IMG/VR virus record: IMGVR_UViG_3300030329_006602
Location: 12,332-76,331 of that record
Direction: 5' to 3' (one strand)
Source: a virus
Length of the DNA stretch: 64,000 nucleotides
Both the position numbers and the translations under genes were made by a program. Position 1 is the first letter of the stretch, and the number at the start of each line of letters is the position of its first letter. Shown here one piece after another: positions 46,944 through 54,961 of the stretch. A model generated the notes under the pieces. It did no database searches. It was not told the DNA's origin and was given only the letters and a program-made list of their open reading frames with translations.

Positions 46944-47887
46944 TTTAGTGAACTGATGAGTTTATGGTAGTCGGGGACGCCTTTAGGATTATATGTGACA
47001 TCTGTTAGGGTTCCCCCATTTAGGGTTTCTACTTGATAAATCCACTCCTTTAGTTCGGGGTTTTGGAAGTTGAGGGATAGCGCATGCCTACTGAGGTCGA
47101 AGGCTTCGGCGTGTAGGCCAGAATTAAAAAGCGACGAAGCGATTTGGGTTAGGACGTGAGGGGGAAAATTAAGGTCCCAGCTCAGGACCCAATTTCCTTT
47201 ACGGCTATTTTGTCGACGCCTACACATTTTTCCCACTGTCGTATAGGTGTCATCGTTATGCCAGACAACTAAATCATGATTATGACTTATGGTAAACCCT
47301 TCCTCTCTGCATTTTTGCGCAAAATCGGTATCTTCATTGTGTTTTCCATTTATATAGTCTTTGAGGTTACTCATCGAATTTGACCCTCCCGCCATGTTGA
47401 ACTCTTCCCCCCAGCGAACCTTCTGGAAAACTGACTTTTTCATTATCCATGATTGGCCTCCCGACATATAGAGGTGGGAGTCTGTTTCATGCCCCTCTAG
47501 TATAGTGTGTCCTTTGGTAGGGCTCTGATAGCAGACGTGGTCCCAGTATCTTCCTCCATCAGGGAGGCGTACTTTACTAGTAAGGATTTCGAAGGTAGGG
47601 GTCTGTAGGAGAGTTTTATACCATCCCTCTGAAAATAGCATATCATCATCTGATATAACTAAATTCTCGTGCGTTGCGTGGTCACACGCTAGATTTCTCA
47701 GAGCCCCCAAGAGTTTCTTCGTTGTGAGTTCTTTGGCGGGAATATAAGAGTAACCCTCTCCTTCTCTCCAGTCTCCAACGATAATAATCTCATAGTTGGG
47801 AATTTGCTGAGAGTGGATGCTTGCTAGTTGCAAGTTTAATTCTTGAGGCTTGCCTCCGTTTGTTACGATTATAAAGCTCAGGTTCAT
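46940..47887 (-). CDS. GT2-like glycosyltransferase
   Basis: EIIIVG; RN; DDD; GG; ED.DF. Confidence 0.7.
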   Translation of the reverse strand: MNLSFIIVTNGGKPQELNLQLASIHSQQIPNYEIIIVGDWREGEGYSYIPAKELTTKKLLGALRNLACDHATHENLVISDDDMLFSEGWYKTLLQTPTFEILTSKVRLPDGGRYWDHVCYQSPTKGHTILEGHETDSHLYMSGGQSWIMKKSVFQKVRWGEEFNMAGGSNSMSNLKDYINGKHNEDTDFAQKCREEGFTISHNHDLVVWHNDDTYTTVGKMCRRRQNSRKGNWVLSWDLNFPPHVLTQIASSLFNSGLHAEAFDLSRHALSLNFQNPELKEWIYQVETLNGGTLTDVTYNPKGVPDYHKLISSLK

Positions 47888-48225
47888 CTAACTTGAATTT
47901 CCTTTCCCCTGATAGAGTAGCGGCATTTATTTTCTATATATGTTTTTAGCTCTATTCGATTGTTGCCATTGGTTTTCCGAGTGGAGATATGTCCCGCCCT
48001 TCTTAGTCTAGAGATACCCTTGGTCACCTTGCTGTGAGATATGGGTTTGCCATTCACCTTAAGGGTTTTTGCCAGAATCCTCTCAGGGGTAAAGGTAAAG
48101 CGTTTTTGGCCACATACCTTAATGAGGTGCCTCATTAAGCGATGGTCTGACTCGATTAGGCGGCCCGTTGCTATATCGTCGTCCAGTACATCGAGCGTCA
48201 TCAAGAATGTTAATTTTGGATCCAT
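47884..48225 (-). CDS. Winged helix-turn-helix DNA-binding protein (start ATG 48225)
   Basis: ERILAKTL..SHSKV.KGISRL.RAGHI. Confidence 0.65.
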   Translation of the reverse strand: MDPKLTFLMTLDVLDDDIATGRLIESDHRLMRHLIKVCGQKRFTFTPERILAKTLKVNGKPISHSKVTKGISRLRRAGHISTRKTNGNNRIELKTYIENKCRYSIRGKEIQVR

Positions 48226-48231
48226 TTTTCT

Positions 48232-48260
48232 ATGATAGCCTAAAAATGAAATAAAGTCAA
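48232..48260 (-). promoter_or_regulatory. sigma70-type promoter heading the glycan island
   Basis: TTGACT-17nt-TATCAT, 6 nt before ATG 48225. Confidence 0.7.
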
Positions 48261-48382
48261 GGTAAATGGGTTTTGACATTAATTGAGTTAAGTTTTAGTA
48301 AATTTTTACTCGTTGGGTTAATGTTATATTATATATAATTCAAACAAATACAAGGTATTTGTTTATTTAGTAGTATTTTTTC

Positions 48383-48411
48383 TTGACTTGTGCTCTGTAT
48401 AATGTTATAAT
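48383..48411 (+). promoter_or_regulatory. sigma70-type promoter (divergent)
   Basis: TTGACT-17nt-TATAAT with extended TGn, 6 nt before ATG 48418. Confidence 0.8.
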
Positions 48412-48417
48412 TAGCTC

Positions 48418-48735
48418 ATGTTTACCAGAAAAGTAGATTCAGATTCAAAAGATCTCTTCTTCATTTCCTCTGCAGACTGGGAGGTTGTTGCAGAAGGTAA
48501 TGATGCAACTGAAGCCGCAACCATTGCGGTGGAAAGGCATCTGGGCGAGAATCCTACATCTACAAACATTTCAACGGTCATTCTAGCACTAAATATAAGT
48601 AAGTGCACGGAATCAATAGACGCCTCAGAATCTATTGAAATCTTATATGCTCCCAAGATCCTAGCCAACGCAGGCTACCACTCGGAGTCCAAAAAATTAC
48701 AATATATAATCGACGAAATAAAAGCAATATCATGA
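48418..48735 (+). CDS. Hypothetical protein
   Basis: Follows promoter; ATGA-coupled to the next gene. Confidence 0.65.
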   Translation: MFTRKVDSDSKDLFFISSADWEVVAEGNDATEAATIAVERHLGENPTSTNISTVILALNISKCTESIDASESIEILYAPKILANAGYHSESKKLQYIIDEIKAIS

Positions 48736-49322
48736 GTTCAGAAGAAATAACACGCGGAAAAGTGATAGGTGTGGCTGGTGCCGCTCGAAGTGGTAAAGAT
48801 ACAGTTGGCCATTTTACACAAGAATTATTATACGAGCGCAATGAGGAAATCTCCAAACAGTGTGGATTTGCCGATCTCCTTAAAAACGATCTAGAGAAAT
48901 TTTGTAGAGAAAAGTTTGGCTTCTCGGCATTCACAAAGGATGACAGACAGAAAGAGATGATTCGCCCACTCCTAGTGGCCTACGGCACGCACGTCATGCG
49001 CAAACAAAATGAAAACCATTGGGTTGAGAAGATGAAACCCACCGTAGACTTCTTTACTAGTGCAGGGCGCAATGTAATAATAACTGACGTCCGATATGAA
49101 AACGAAATCGATTGGATCCAAAAGGAACTAAGTGGTGCGTGCATTTACGTTACCAGGGAAGGTATCTCCCCAGCAAACAAAGAAGAGGAGCAGAATTGCC
49201 CCCTCCTTAAAGAGAAATCGGATACGCTCATCGAATGGGAAACCTTCGGCCCCAAAGAAATAGCCCTCGCGAAGGCCCCTGTAGAGGCCGCCCTCTCAAA
49301 ACTGTCTTTAATTCATGATTGA
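48732..49322 (+). CDS. Deoxynucleoside monophosphate kinase
   Basis: GAARSGKDT; FAD.LK; R.LL..G; ITDVRYENE. Confidence 0.85.
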   Translation: MSSEEITRGKVIGVAGAARSGKDTVGHFTQELLYERNEEISKQCGFADLLKNDLEKFCREKFGFSAFTKDDRQKEMIRPLLVAYGTHVMRKQNENHWVEKMKPTVDFFTSAGRNVIITDVRYENEIDWIQKELSGACIYVTREGISPANKEEEQNCPLLKEKSDTLIEWETFGPKEIALAKAPVEAALSKLSLIHD

Positions 49323-49905
49323 TAGCAAAACAGACTTTGAATTAATTCAGGCTGTTCAAGAGGGAGTTGATGCCGACGCGTGCCTGCGGGAGATCGTCAA
49401 TAGGCATAGCGGAATCTATATCGAGATGGTCAATTACTTCATGCCCAACAGCATGCCGTTCGTAAACCGAACAGATTTAATCGACGATAAAGAATACAAT
49501 ATATATAGAGCGGTCATGAAATACGACCCCACAAAGGGAACTAAATTCAGTACCCACCTTGGTAATGAGACAAAATGGATGTGTCTTAACTTATATAATA
49601 AAAACAAAAAGTATTCCCAAGTAGAATTTGACGAGAATTTTTTATCATCTTTACATGATGAGCAAAAGCCCTACCAAGACGAAATCAAGAGAGAACTCTT
49701 CAATAAAGTTATTGAAATCACAAAATCGCACCCCGACACTCGCGTCGGCACCATCTTCGAGATGAGGTATGTAGTCGGCAATAAAAACAGGGTAATGCCG
49801 TGGAAGAGAATTGGTGAGCACTTAAATATGAGCGTTCAGGGCTGTATTAATATCCACAATAACACTTTGGAAAAAATAAAAACTAAACTACAACAAGAAA
49901 AATGA
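49315..49905 (+). CDS. Phage sigma70-like transcription factor
   Basis: Region 2 A..KYDPTKGTKFST; region 4 HTH W..IG..LNMS. Confidence 0.75.
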   Translation: MIDSKTDFELIQAVQEGVDADACLREIVNRHSGIYIEMVNYFMPNSMPFVNRTDLIDDKEYNIYRAVMKYDPTKGTKFSTHLGNETKWMCLNLYNKNKKYSQVEFDENFLSSLHDEQKPYQDEIKRELFNKVIEITKSHPDTRVGTIFEMRYVVGNKNRVMPWKRIGEHLNMSVQGCINIHNNTLEKIKTKLQQEK

Positions 49906-50240
49906 GCACAGTAAAAGGAAATATCAAAGTCATCAACGATGCACAAACTTTCGGATCCTTCACGAAAAGGGAATTCGTTCTTACGACAGAGGAAAAGTAC
50001 CCCCAAGACATTAAATTCGAACTCTATCAGGATGCCTGCGCAGACCTAGATGCCCACACAGTAGGAGAGACAATTAGCGTAGAGTACAATCTTAAAGGAA
50101 ATGAGTATAAAGGCAAGTACTACGTTAACCTTCAGGCGTGGAAGCTTAGCGCCGAAGGCCCATGTCAAGCTCCTCCCCCCAATACATCAGGGGAAGACTT
50201 AACCGAAGGTGACGAGGATCTAGAAGACGTACCCTTCTGA
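49902..50240 (+). CDS. DUF3127 OB-fold/SSB-like protein
   Basis: FTKREFV..EKYPQDIKFE..NL.G.E..YY.NL.AWK; acidic tail ending DVPF. Confidence 0.8.
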   Translation: MSTVKGNIKVINDAQTFGSFTKREFVLTTEEKYPQDIKFELYQDACADLDAHTVGETISVEYNLKGNEYKGKYYVNLQAWKLSAEGPCQAPPPNTSGEDLTEGDEDLEDVPF

Positions 50241-50244
50241 TATT

Positions 50245-51324
50245 ATGGATAAATTAGTTTTTAAAGCTCCCCTCAATAGCCTGAGTTTCGGGAATGTTTC
50301 CTACAACATTCTAAAAGAGCTCTACAATAGAAACGTAGCGGTATCTTTTTTTCCCATTGGAGACCAAATTAGTCTAGAGGCGTATGATAAGATTGACCCA
50401 GACTTTAAAAACTGGATTGAGCAAACCATCAACAACAGACTCCTCTCCGTCGCCCCCGATACTCCCACCCTACAATTATGGCACCTTAATGGATCTGAGC
50501 ATCGGGTGACCAGAGAGAGCACTCTCTTAACTTTCTATGAGCTCGATTCTCCAACCCCTCAGGAGATCAATTTAGCTAAATTACAAAACAAAACCCTCTT
50601 CAGTAGCCTCCATGCTAAGAATCTTTTCCAGCGCCTTGGAATAAGTAACTGCGAAGCAATCCCTATGGGGTTTGACCCCGACTTTCATAAAACAGAAAAA
50701 GAGTACCTTAAGGGAAAAATCCATTTTGGCATCATGGGAAAGCTAGAAAAAAGAAAACATACTGGAAAAATAATTAAAGCGTGGGCCCAAAAATACGGCA
50801 ATAACTACGACTACCAATTGTCCTGTTGCATAACAAACCCCTTCTTTCAGCCAGATCAAATGAATCAGGCGATTGGCCAAATTCTAGAAGGCCAGCGTTA
50901 TGGAAATATCAATTTCCTACCTTATCTTAAAACAAACTCAGAAGTAAATGATTTTCTCAATGCAATAGATATAGACCTCAGCGGATTAAGCGGTGGTGAA
51001 GGATGGAATCTCCCCGCCTTCAATGCTACGGCCCTCGGAAAGTGGAGTATCGTACTAAATGCCACATCCCATAAGGATTGGGCAACGGAAACCAACTCTA
51101 TTTTGCTTGAGCCAAACGGAAAGGAAGAGGCTGAGGACGGAATTTTCTTCAAAAAGGGTCAGCCGTTTAACCAGGGCCAAATCTATACATTCGACGAAGA
51201 AGAGATGTTGGTAAAAATGAACGAGGCAGTAAAGAAGGCTAAGACCCCCAATACCGAAGGAGAAAAGCTTCAGCAAAATTTCACCTACTCACGTACGGTA
51301 GACTCTCTCCTTTCACATCTTTAA
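50245..51324 (+). CDS. GT4-like glycosyltransferase
   Basis: GK.EKRK; SGGEGWNLPAF. Confidence 0.75.
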   Translation: MDKLVFKAPLNSLSFGNVSYNILKELYNRNVAVSFFPIGDQISLEAYDKIDPDFKNWIEQTINNRLLSVAPDTPTLQLWHLNGSEHRVTRESTLLTFYELDSPTPQEINLAKLQNKTLFSSLHAKNLFQRLGISNCEAIPMGFDPDFHKTEKEYLKGKIHFGIMGKLEKRKHTGKIIKAWAQKYGNNYDYQLSCCITNPFFQPDQMNQAIGQILEGQRYGNINFLPYLKTNSEVNDFLNAIDIDLSGLSGGEGWNLPAFNATALGKWSIVLNATSHKDWATETNSILLEPNGKEEAEDGIFFKKGQPFNQGQIYTFDEEEMLVKMNEAVKKAKTPNTEGEKLQQNFTYSRTVDSLLSHL

Positions 51325-51327
51325 CCG

Positions 51328-51504
51328 ATGAGACGCCCACGTTTAATCGCCCCCAAGTGGAAGGCTATTAAAAATATCCACACTGGAGACCTTGAGATTA
51401 TTAGATGGAATCATGACCCTATAACCCCAACGCTTTTAAAAATAAAAACCCTACAAAAAACGTGGAAGCCGCCCTTTCCCCAACCTAAAATAATTAAAAA
51501 ATGA
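51328..51504 (+). CDS. Small basic hypothetical protein (58 aa, below track cutoff)
   Basis: ATG 3 nt after previous stop; TGA overlaps next ATG. Confidence 0.5.
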   Translation: MRRPRLIAPKWKAIKNIHTGDLEIIRWNHDPITPTLLKIKTLQKTWKPPFPQPKIIKK

Positions 51505-52061
51505 AAAAGTATGTGACCCTTCTCTTTGGAGTTATTCTATCAGGGTGTCAATCTATGACCTCCTCCCAATCCCTCGACCTCATTGAATCACGAATACAAG
51601 AACTAAAAAACCTAGAGGCAACGGAGAGTGAATCTGATTTTTTTGGACGCCCCCCTGAAAAATGCCCCAAATGTCGAGGCCAATGGGCCAGCCTAGAGGA
51701 CTTCATCAGTGAGATACAGGAGAGGGAAATTAAATTAATTGAGCGCGAAAAATTACTAGCAGACGCGCTTAGTCCCCCCAATTCCTCACAAGAAGCTATA
51801 AAACAACGCTTTAATTTAGCAAAAGAGGCGCGACTACAGCGCAATGTAGATGACATGTTATTCGTGCGAAAAATTATTCAAGAAGAGCGAAGCCACTGGC
51901 ACGATGAGCAATTCATCGATGAACTAAACACCCTCAAAGCCAGATATGCGGAGGCTTCGGTGGCGGCTTATGCCCGAACTGCCGCAAAATACCATCAGAA
52001 TTTTAATAAGAAGGGTAGGGATTTTGCAGACAGTCATCTTTTAAGGCATATAGTTAAATAA
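51501..52061 (+). CDS. Putative lipoprotein
   Basis: MKK..LSG-C lipobox; internal CPKC. Confidence 0.6.
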   Translation: MKKYVTLLFGVILSGCQSMTSSQSLDLIESRIQELKNLEATESESDFFGRPPEKCPKCRGQWASLEDFISEIQEREIKLIEREKLLADALSPPNSSQEAIKQRFNLAKEARLQRNVDDMLFVRKIIQEERSHWHDEQFIDELNTLKARYAEASVAAYARTAAKYHQNFNKKGRDFADSHLLRHIVK

Positions 52062-52108
52062 AAGGTGTAATAACACTTGAAATCCCATAACAAAATATAT
52101 TATATAAC

Positions 52109-52294
52109 ATGAAAATCACAAAAGCAAATCAAGAAGTTCTCCTTTGTTGTGGTGGGAAAGGCTGTCCAGCCGTAAAAAAAACAAAGCCCCAAACTATCGA
52201 AATTACCGACGATTTCGGCGGCAAGGTTACGCTTACCGTTGAAGAGGCCTCTCAACTTCCCGCCGCCCTCAAGGAACTTAAAGTATCTTCCTAA
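52109..52294 (+). CDS. Small Cys-containing protein
   Basis: LCC..GCP.V..ITDDFGGKV motif; coupled to next gene. Confidence 0.6.
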   Translation: MKITKANQEVLLCCGGKGCPAVKKTKPQTIEITDDFGGKVTLTVEEASQLPAALKELKVSS

Positions 52295-52632
52295 TGTTTT
52301 ATGTACTATTGGCCTGCATAGGCTTAATGTGCATCCTTAAGTACGGGTCCATCTTGAGTTGGCCTCGCAATTTCCTAACTTCTCGTAGTGAATTCCTTGA
52401 GGACCTTTTTGGCTGTAGTCTTTGCCTGGGTTTTTGGTGTGGGGCCATCATCTCCACCCTTATGTACTTCATTGAGTGGAACCCCCTTTACTGCCTACTA
52501 CCGTTTGTTTCCGCAGCCACCTGCTGGTTTTTCGATTCGGTACTTATGGTAATTCAAACAATTGAAATTAACCTGGACCTTTATCGCCGTGCCAATCTAC
52601 CAGTTCCAAAACCCCGAAACAAAAGAAATTAA
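52294..52632 (+). CDS. DUF1360-like membrane protein
   Basis: R..L..LF.CSLCLGFW; TM helices. Confidence 0.6.
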   Translation: MFYVLLACIGLMCILKYGSILSWPRNFLTSRSEFLEDLFGCSLCLGFWCGAIISTLMYFIEWNPLYCLLPFVSAATCWFFDSVLMVIQTIEINLDLYRRANLPVPKPRNKRN

Positions 52633-52918
52633 AGAAGTCTCCCTCGGAATGAATGACGCCAAGGTCTTCACCGATAAAAGGGGCATGAAGTGGAAAAGAC
52701 TTTTTAACTACGTTCAATTAAAATCAAACCAACACAAATCTCTTCGTGAGAGCGACATCCTTCAAGGAGATAAAAGCAAAAAACTCGTCCACATCACCGA
52801 CGAAATGGCCCACGCTAAGGGCTTAAAAAATGCAGACGAATATATTGAAGTAAATAATGAAATAATAAAAGAGCATGAGAAGAAAATCCCTAAAACAAAA
52901 AAGAAAATTATAGAATAA
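52589..52918 (+). CDS. FmdB-like protein (start GTG 52589)
   Basis: MPIYQF.NPET.E..EV..M. Confidence 0.55.
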   Translation: MPIYQFQNPETKEIKEVSLGMNDAKVFTDKRGMKWKRLFNYVQLKSNQHKSLRESDILQGDKSKKLVHITDEMAHAKGLKNADEYIEVNNEIIKEHEKKIPKTKKKIIE

Positions 52919-53298
52919 TGCCAATTTACGTATACAGTCACCCCGAAACGGGAGAAGAAATAGAATTAGTACAGGGTATGAACGACGACCATGAGTATAC
53001 CGACGAAGAAGGTACTCAATGGAACCGCATCTTCTTCTCCCCAAACATGAACATGGACACGGAGGTTGACCCGTTTAGCCAAAAAGATTTCGTAAGAACA
53101 ACTGGCTCAAAAAAGGGAACAATGGGAGAAATGATGGACTTAAGTAAAGAATTAAGCGCGAAGAGAGCGGCAAAGAATGGTGGCGTAGATCCCGTTAAAG
53201 AAAAAACCTTTAAAGATTACAAAGAGCGAACGGGCAAAGCCCATCCAAAATCCAAACCCAAGGTATACGAAAGTAAAAATGTACGGGTAGAATACTAG
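52918..53298 (+). CDS. FmdB-like protein
   Basis: MPIYVY.HPETGE..E..QGM..W.R.F..P. Confidence 0.6.
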   Translation: MPIYVYSHPETGEEIELVQGMNDDHEYTDEEGTQWNRIFFSPNMNMDTEVDPFSQKDFVRTTGSKKGTMGEMMDLSKELSAKRAAKNGGVDPVKEKTFKDYKERTGKAHPKSKPKVYESKNVRVEY

Positions 53299-54326
53299 GC
53301 AGCGCCAGAACTAATCATTAAGAATCCTTCCCCACTAATCCAAATTTCCCCCTTATGCTGAGGATCACCCGTGGCCATTGCATTATAATCAGCCAGGATC
53401 CTAGCTCCTGAAATTTGAAAACGTGGCTCAAATCCCGAAGCTGCAACAATCCCCGTTTTTGTTTTTACAATAAAGCTGGTTGTGCCCACGCCGTCTTCTC
53501 TCTTTGCTTCTAGTTGAACCCTCCCGAAATTCCCTGCGCCCGCGCTAGCATCAGCAAGTAAACTAATAGCTGAAGCAGAGGATGAGGTTGCCGCCGAATT
53601 AACAAACTCGGCGCCTGTAGTGGTTACTCCTGCGGAACTCGTCCAAGAGGATAGGTTGTAGTTAGAAAAATCTGACGCCCCCGCGCCAATTCCGACCGAA
53701 CTTGTAAATTTAGTCTGAGAACTTCCAGTAATATTAAGGTATCCAAAGCTTCCTGTCCCTCTAACCTCTAGCGGATACAAAGGGGAGGAGGTGCCTATAC
53801 CCACTCGAGGGGTGGTAGGGTTATAATAAATTTCAGAACTGGCGGTGGTCCATGGCGAGTTTGACGTAATCTGTAAAGGGCTTCCGTCACTTCCCGTTAT
53901 AAACAATTTTCCCGACACTCCCAGCTGGGGACTGATTTCTCCAGCGCTTCCCCACGGAAGAATACTGACGTTTCCCGCCTTGAAGATGGTATTCTGCTGT
54001 CCCCCATGAGATTGGAAAGTTTTTACCCCCGTAATATTCTGATCACTTACCGTAGTAACAAACAAGGTACCTGTATCAGCCTGGGTCAATACCTTATTCG
54101 TGTTGACCCACAACCCCCCAATAAAGTTTCCACTACTGAGGCCTGTTACAGCATCATTAAAGCGTACGGAATCATTAAAATACTTTATTCCCGAAAATGT
54201 AGTGTTCCCTGTATTAATTGCCCAAATACTACTACCCAACTCCCCACTAAGCTGAGTCAGAGAAGCGTCGTTTGCTGAAAGCCTAGCATCCAGCCCTTGA
54301 ACCTGTTTGAATTGAATTAAGTTCAT
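53295..54326 (-). CDS. Virion/tail-fibre-like protein
   Basis: FSG.KYF and DQNITGVKTF repeats; VGIGTSSP; C-terminal GDP..GEIW..LMISSG; GTGTA box. Confidence 0.7.
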   Translation of the reverse strand: MNLIQFKQVQGLDARLSANDASLTQLSGELGSSIWAINTGNTTFSGIKYFNDSVRFNDAVTGLSSGNFIGGLWVNTNKVLTQADTGTLFVTTVSDQNITGVKTFQSHGGQQNTIFKAGNVSILPWGSAGEISPQLGVSGKLFITGSDGSPLQITSNSPWTTASSEIYYNPTTPRVGIGTSSPLYPLEVRGTGSFGYLNITGSSQTKFTSSVGIGAGASDFSNYNLSSWTSSAGVTTTGAEFVNSAATSSSASAISLLADASAGAGNFGRVQLEAKREDGVGTTSFIVKTKTGIVAASGFEPRFQISGARILADYNAMATGDPQHKGEIWISGEGFLMISSGAA

Positions 54327-54382
54327 CCTTCTATTATATACACTTTGAATAGAAAATTAAGAGTTTCTTTTTAATATCGCGT

Positions 54383-54961
54383 ATGAGTTTATCACTATAT
54401 AAGCCAAACAGCAAGAACACTGGATGCGGCTTTAGTTTTCAGGCTGGACTCGACGCTAAAACACGCGAGCCCGCCTTTTATATTAAGGCAATCAAACAAC
54501 ACACGTGGGACGCTCAAAAAAAGAGGGGCTACTTCCAGGGAAACGTAGGGCAGTCCGATAAAAATATTATCGTTAAGTTTAATGAATACGAATTAGGAAG
54601 CTTTATACATGCCTTTAAAACCCGAACCGAATACAATACATTCCACACCTTCAATGATGACAAGACCGTCATTAAATTAGCCCCGTGGGACAAAAAGGCA
54701 AAAAAGTCAGTCAAAAACGAGAAGACTGGTGAGTGGGAAGATCAGTGGTCCACCGTCCCTGCATTTTCTCTTTCCTTAACCCGTAACGGCAACCAGCATT
54801 TTGGTATTGGTGTGGAGCCTGGAGAGGCGGAAGTGATCTCTCAGTTGATGAAATTCTCCTTGCATAATTTATTCAATGTTAGGCTCAACAAACAAATTGA
54901 GGCAGTAAGAGAAGACCTTAAATCAAGCGACGAAAGCGACGACGTTAAAGTCCCCTTTTAA
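54383..54961 (+). CDS. Hypothetical, possibly ssDNA-binding protein
   Basis: Aromatic beta pattern; acidic tail ending VPF like SSBs. Confidence 0.5.
   Translation: MSLSLYKPNSKNTGCGFSFQAGLDAKTREPAFYIKAIKQHTWDAQKKRGYFQGNVGQSDKNIIVKFNEYELGSFIHAFKTRTEYNTFHTFNDDKTVIKLAPWDKKAKKSVKNEKTGEWEDQWSTVPAFSLSLTRNGNQHFGIGVEPGEAEVISQLMKFSLHNLFNVRLNKQIEAVREDLKSSDESDDVKVPF

Noticed and set aside
12376-47887. Bacterial O-antigen/capsule locus
   Set aside because: No wzx/wzy/wzz/ABC genes; flanked and interrupted by phage-type genes with phage promoter motifs
52065-52078. GTGTA box before 52109
   Set aside because: About 40 nt from the ATG and overlapping a possible TTGAAA -35; too ambiguous to count
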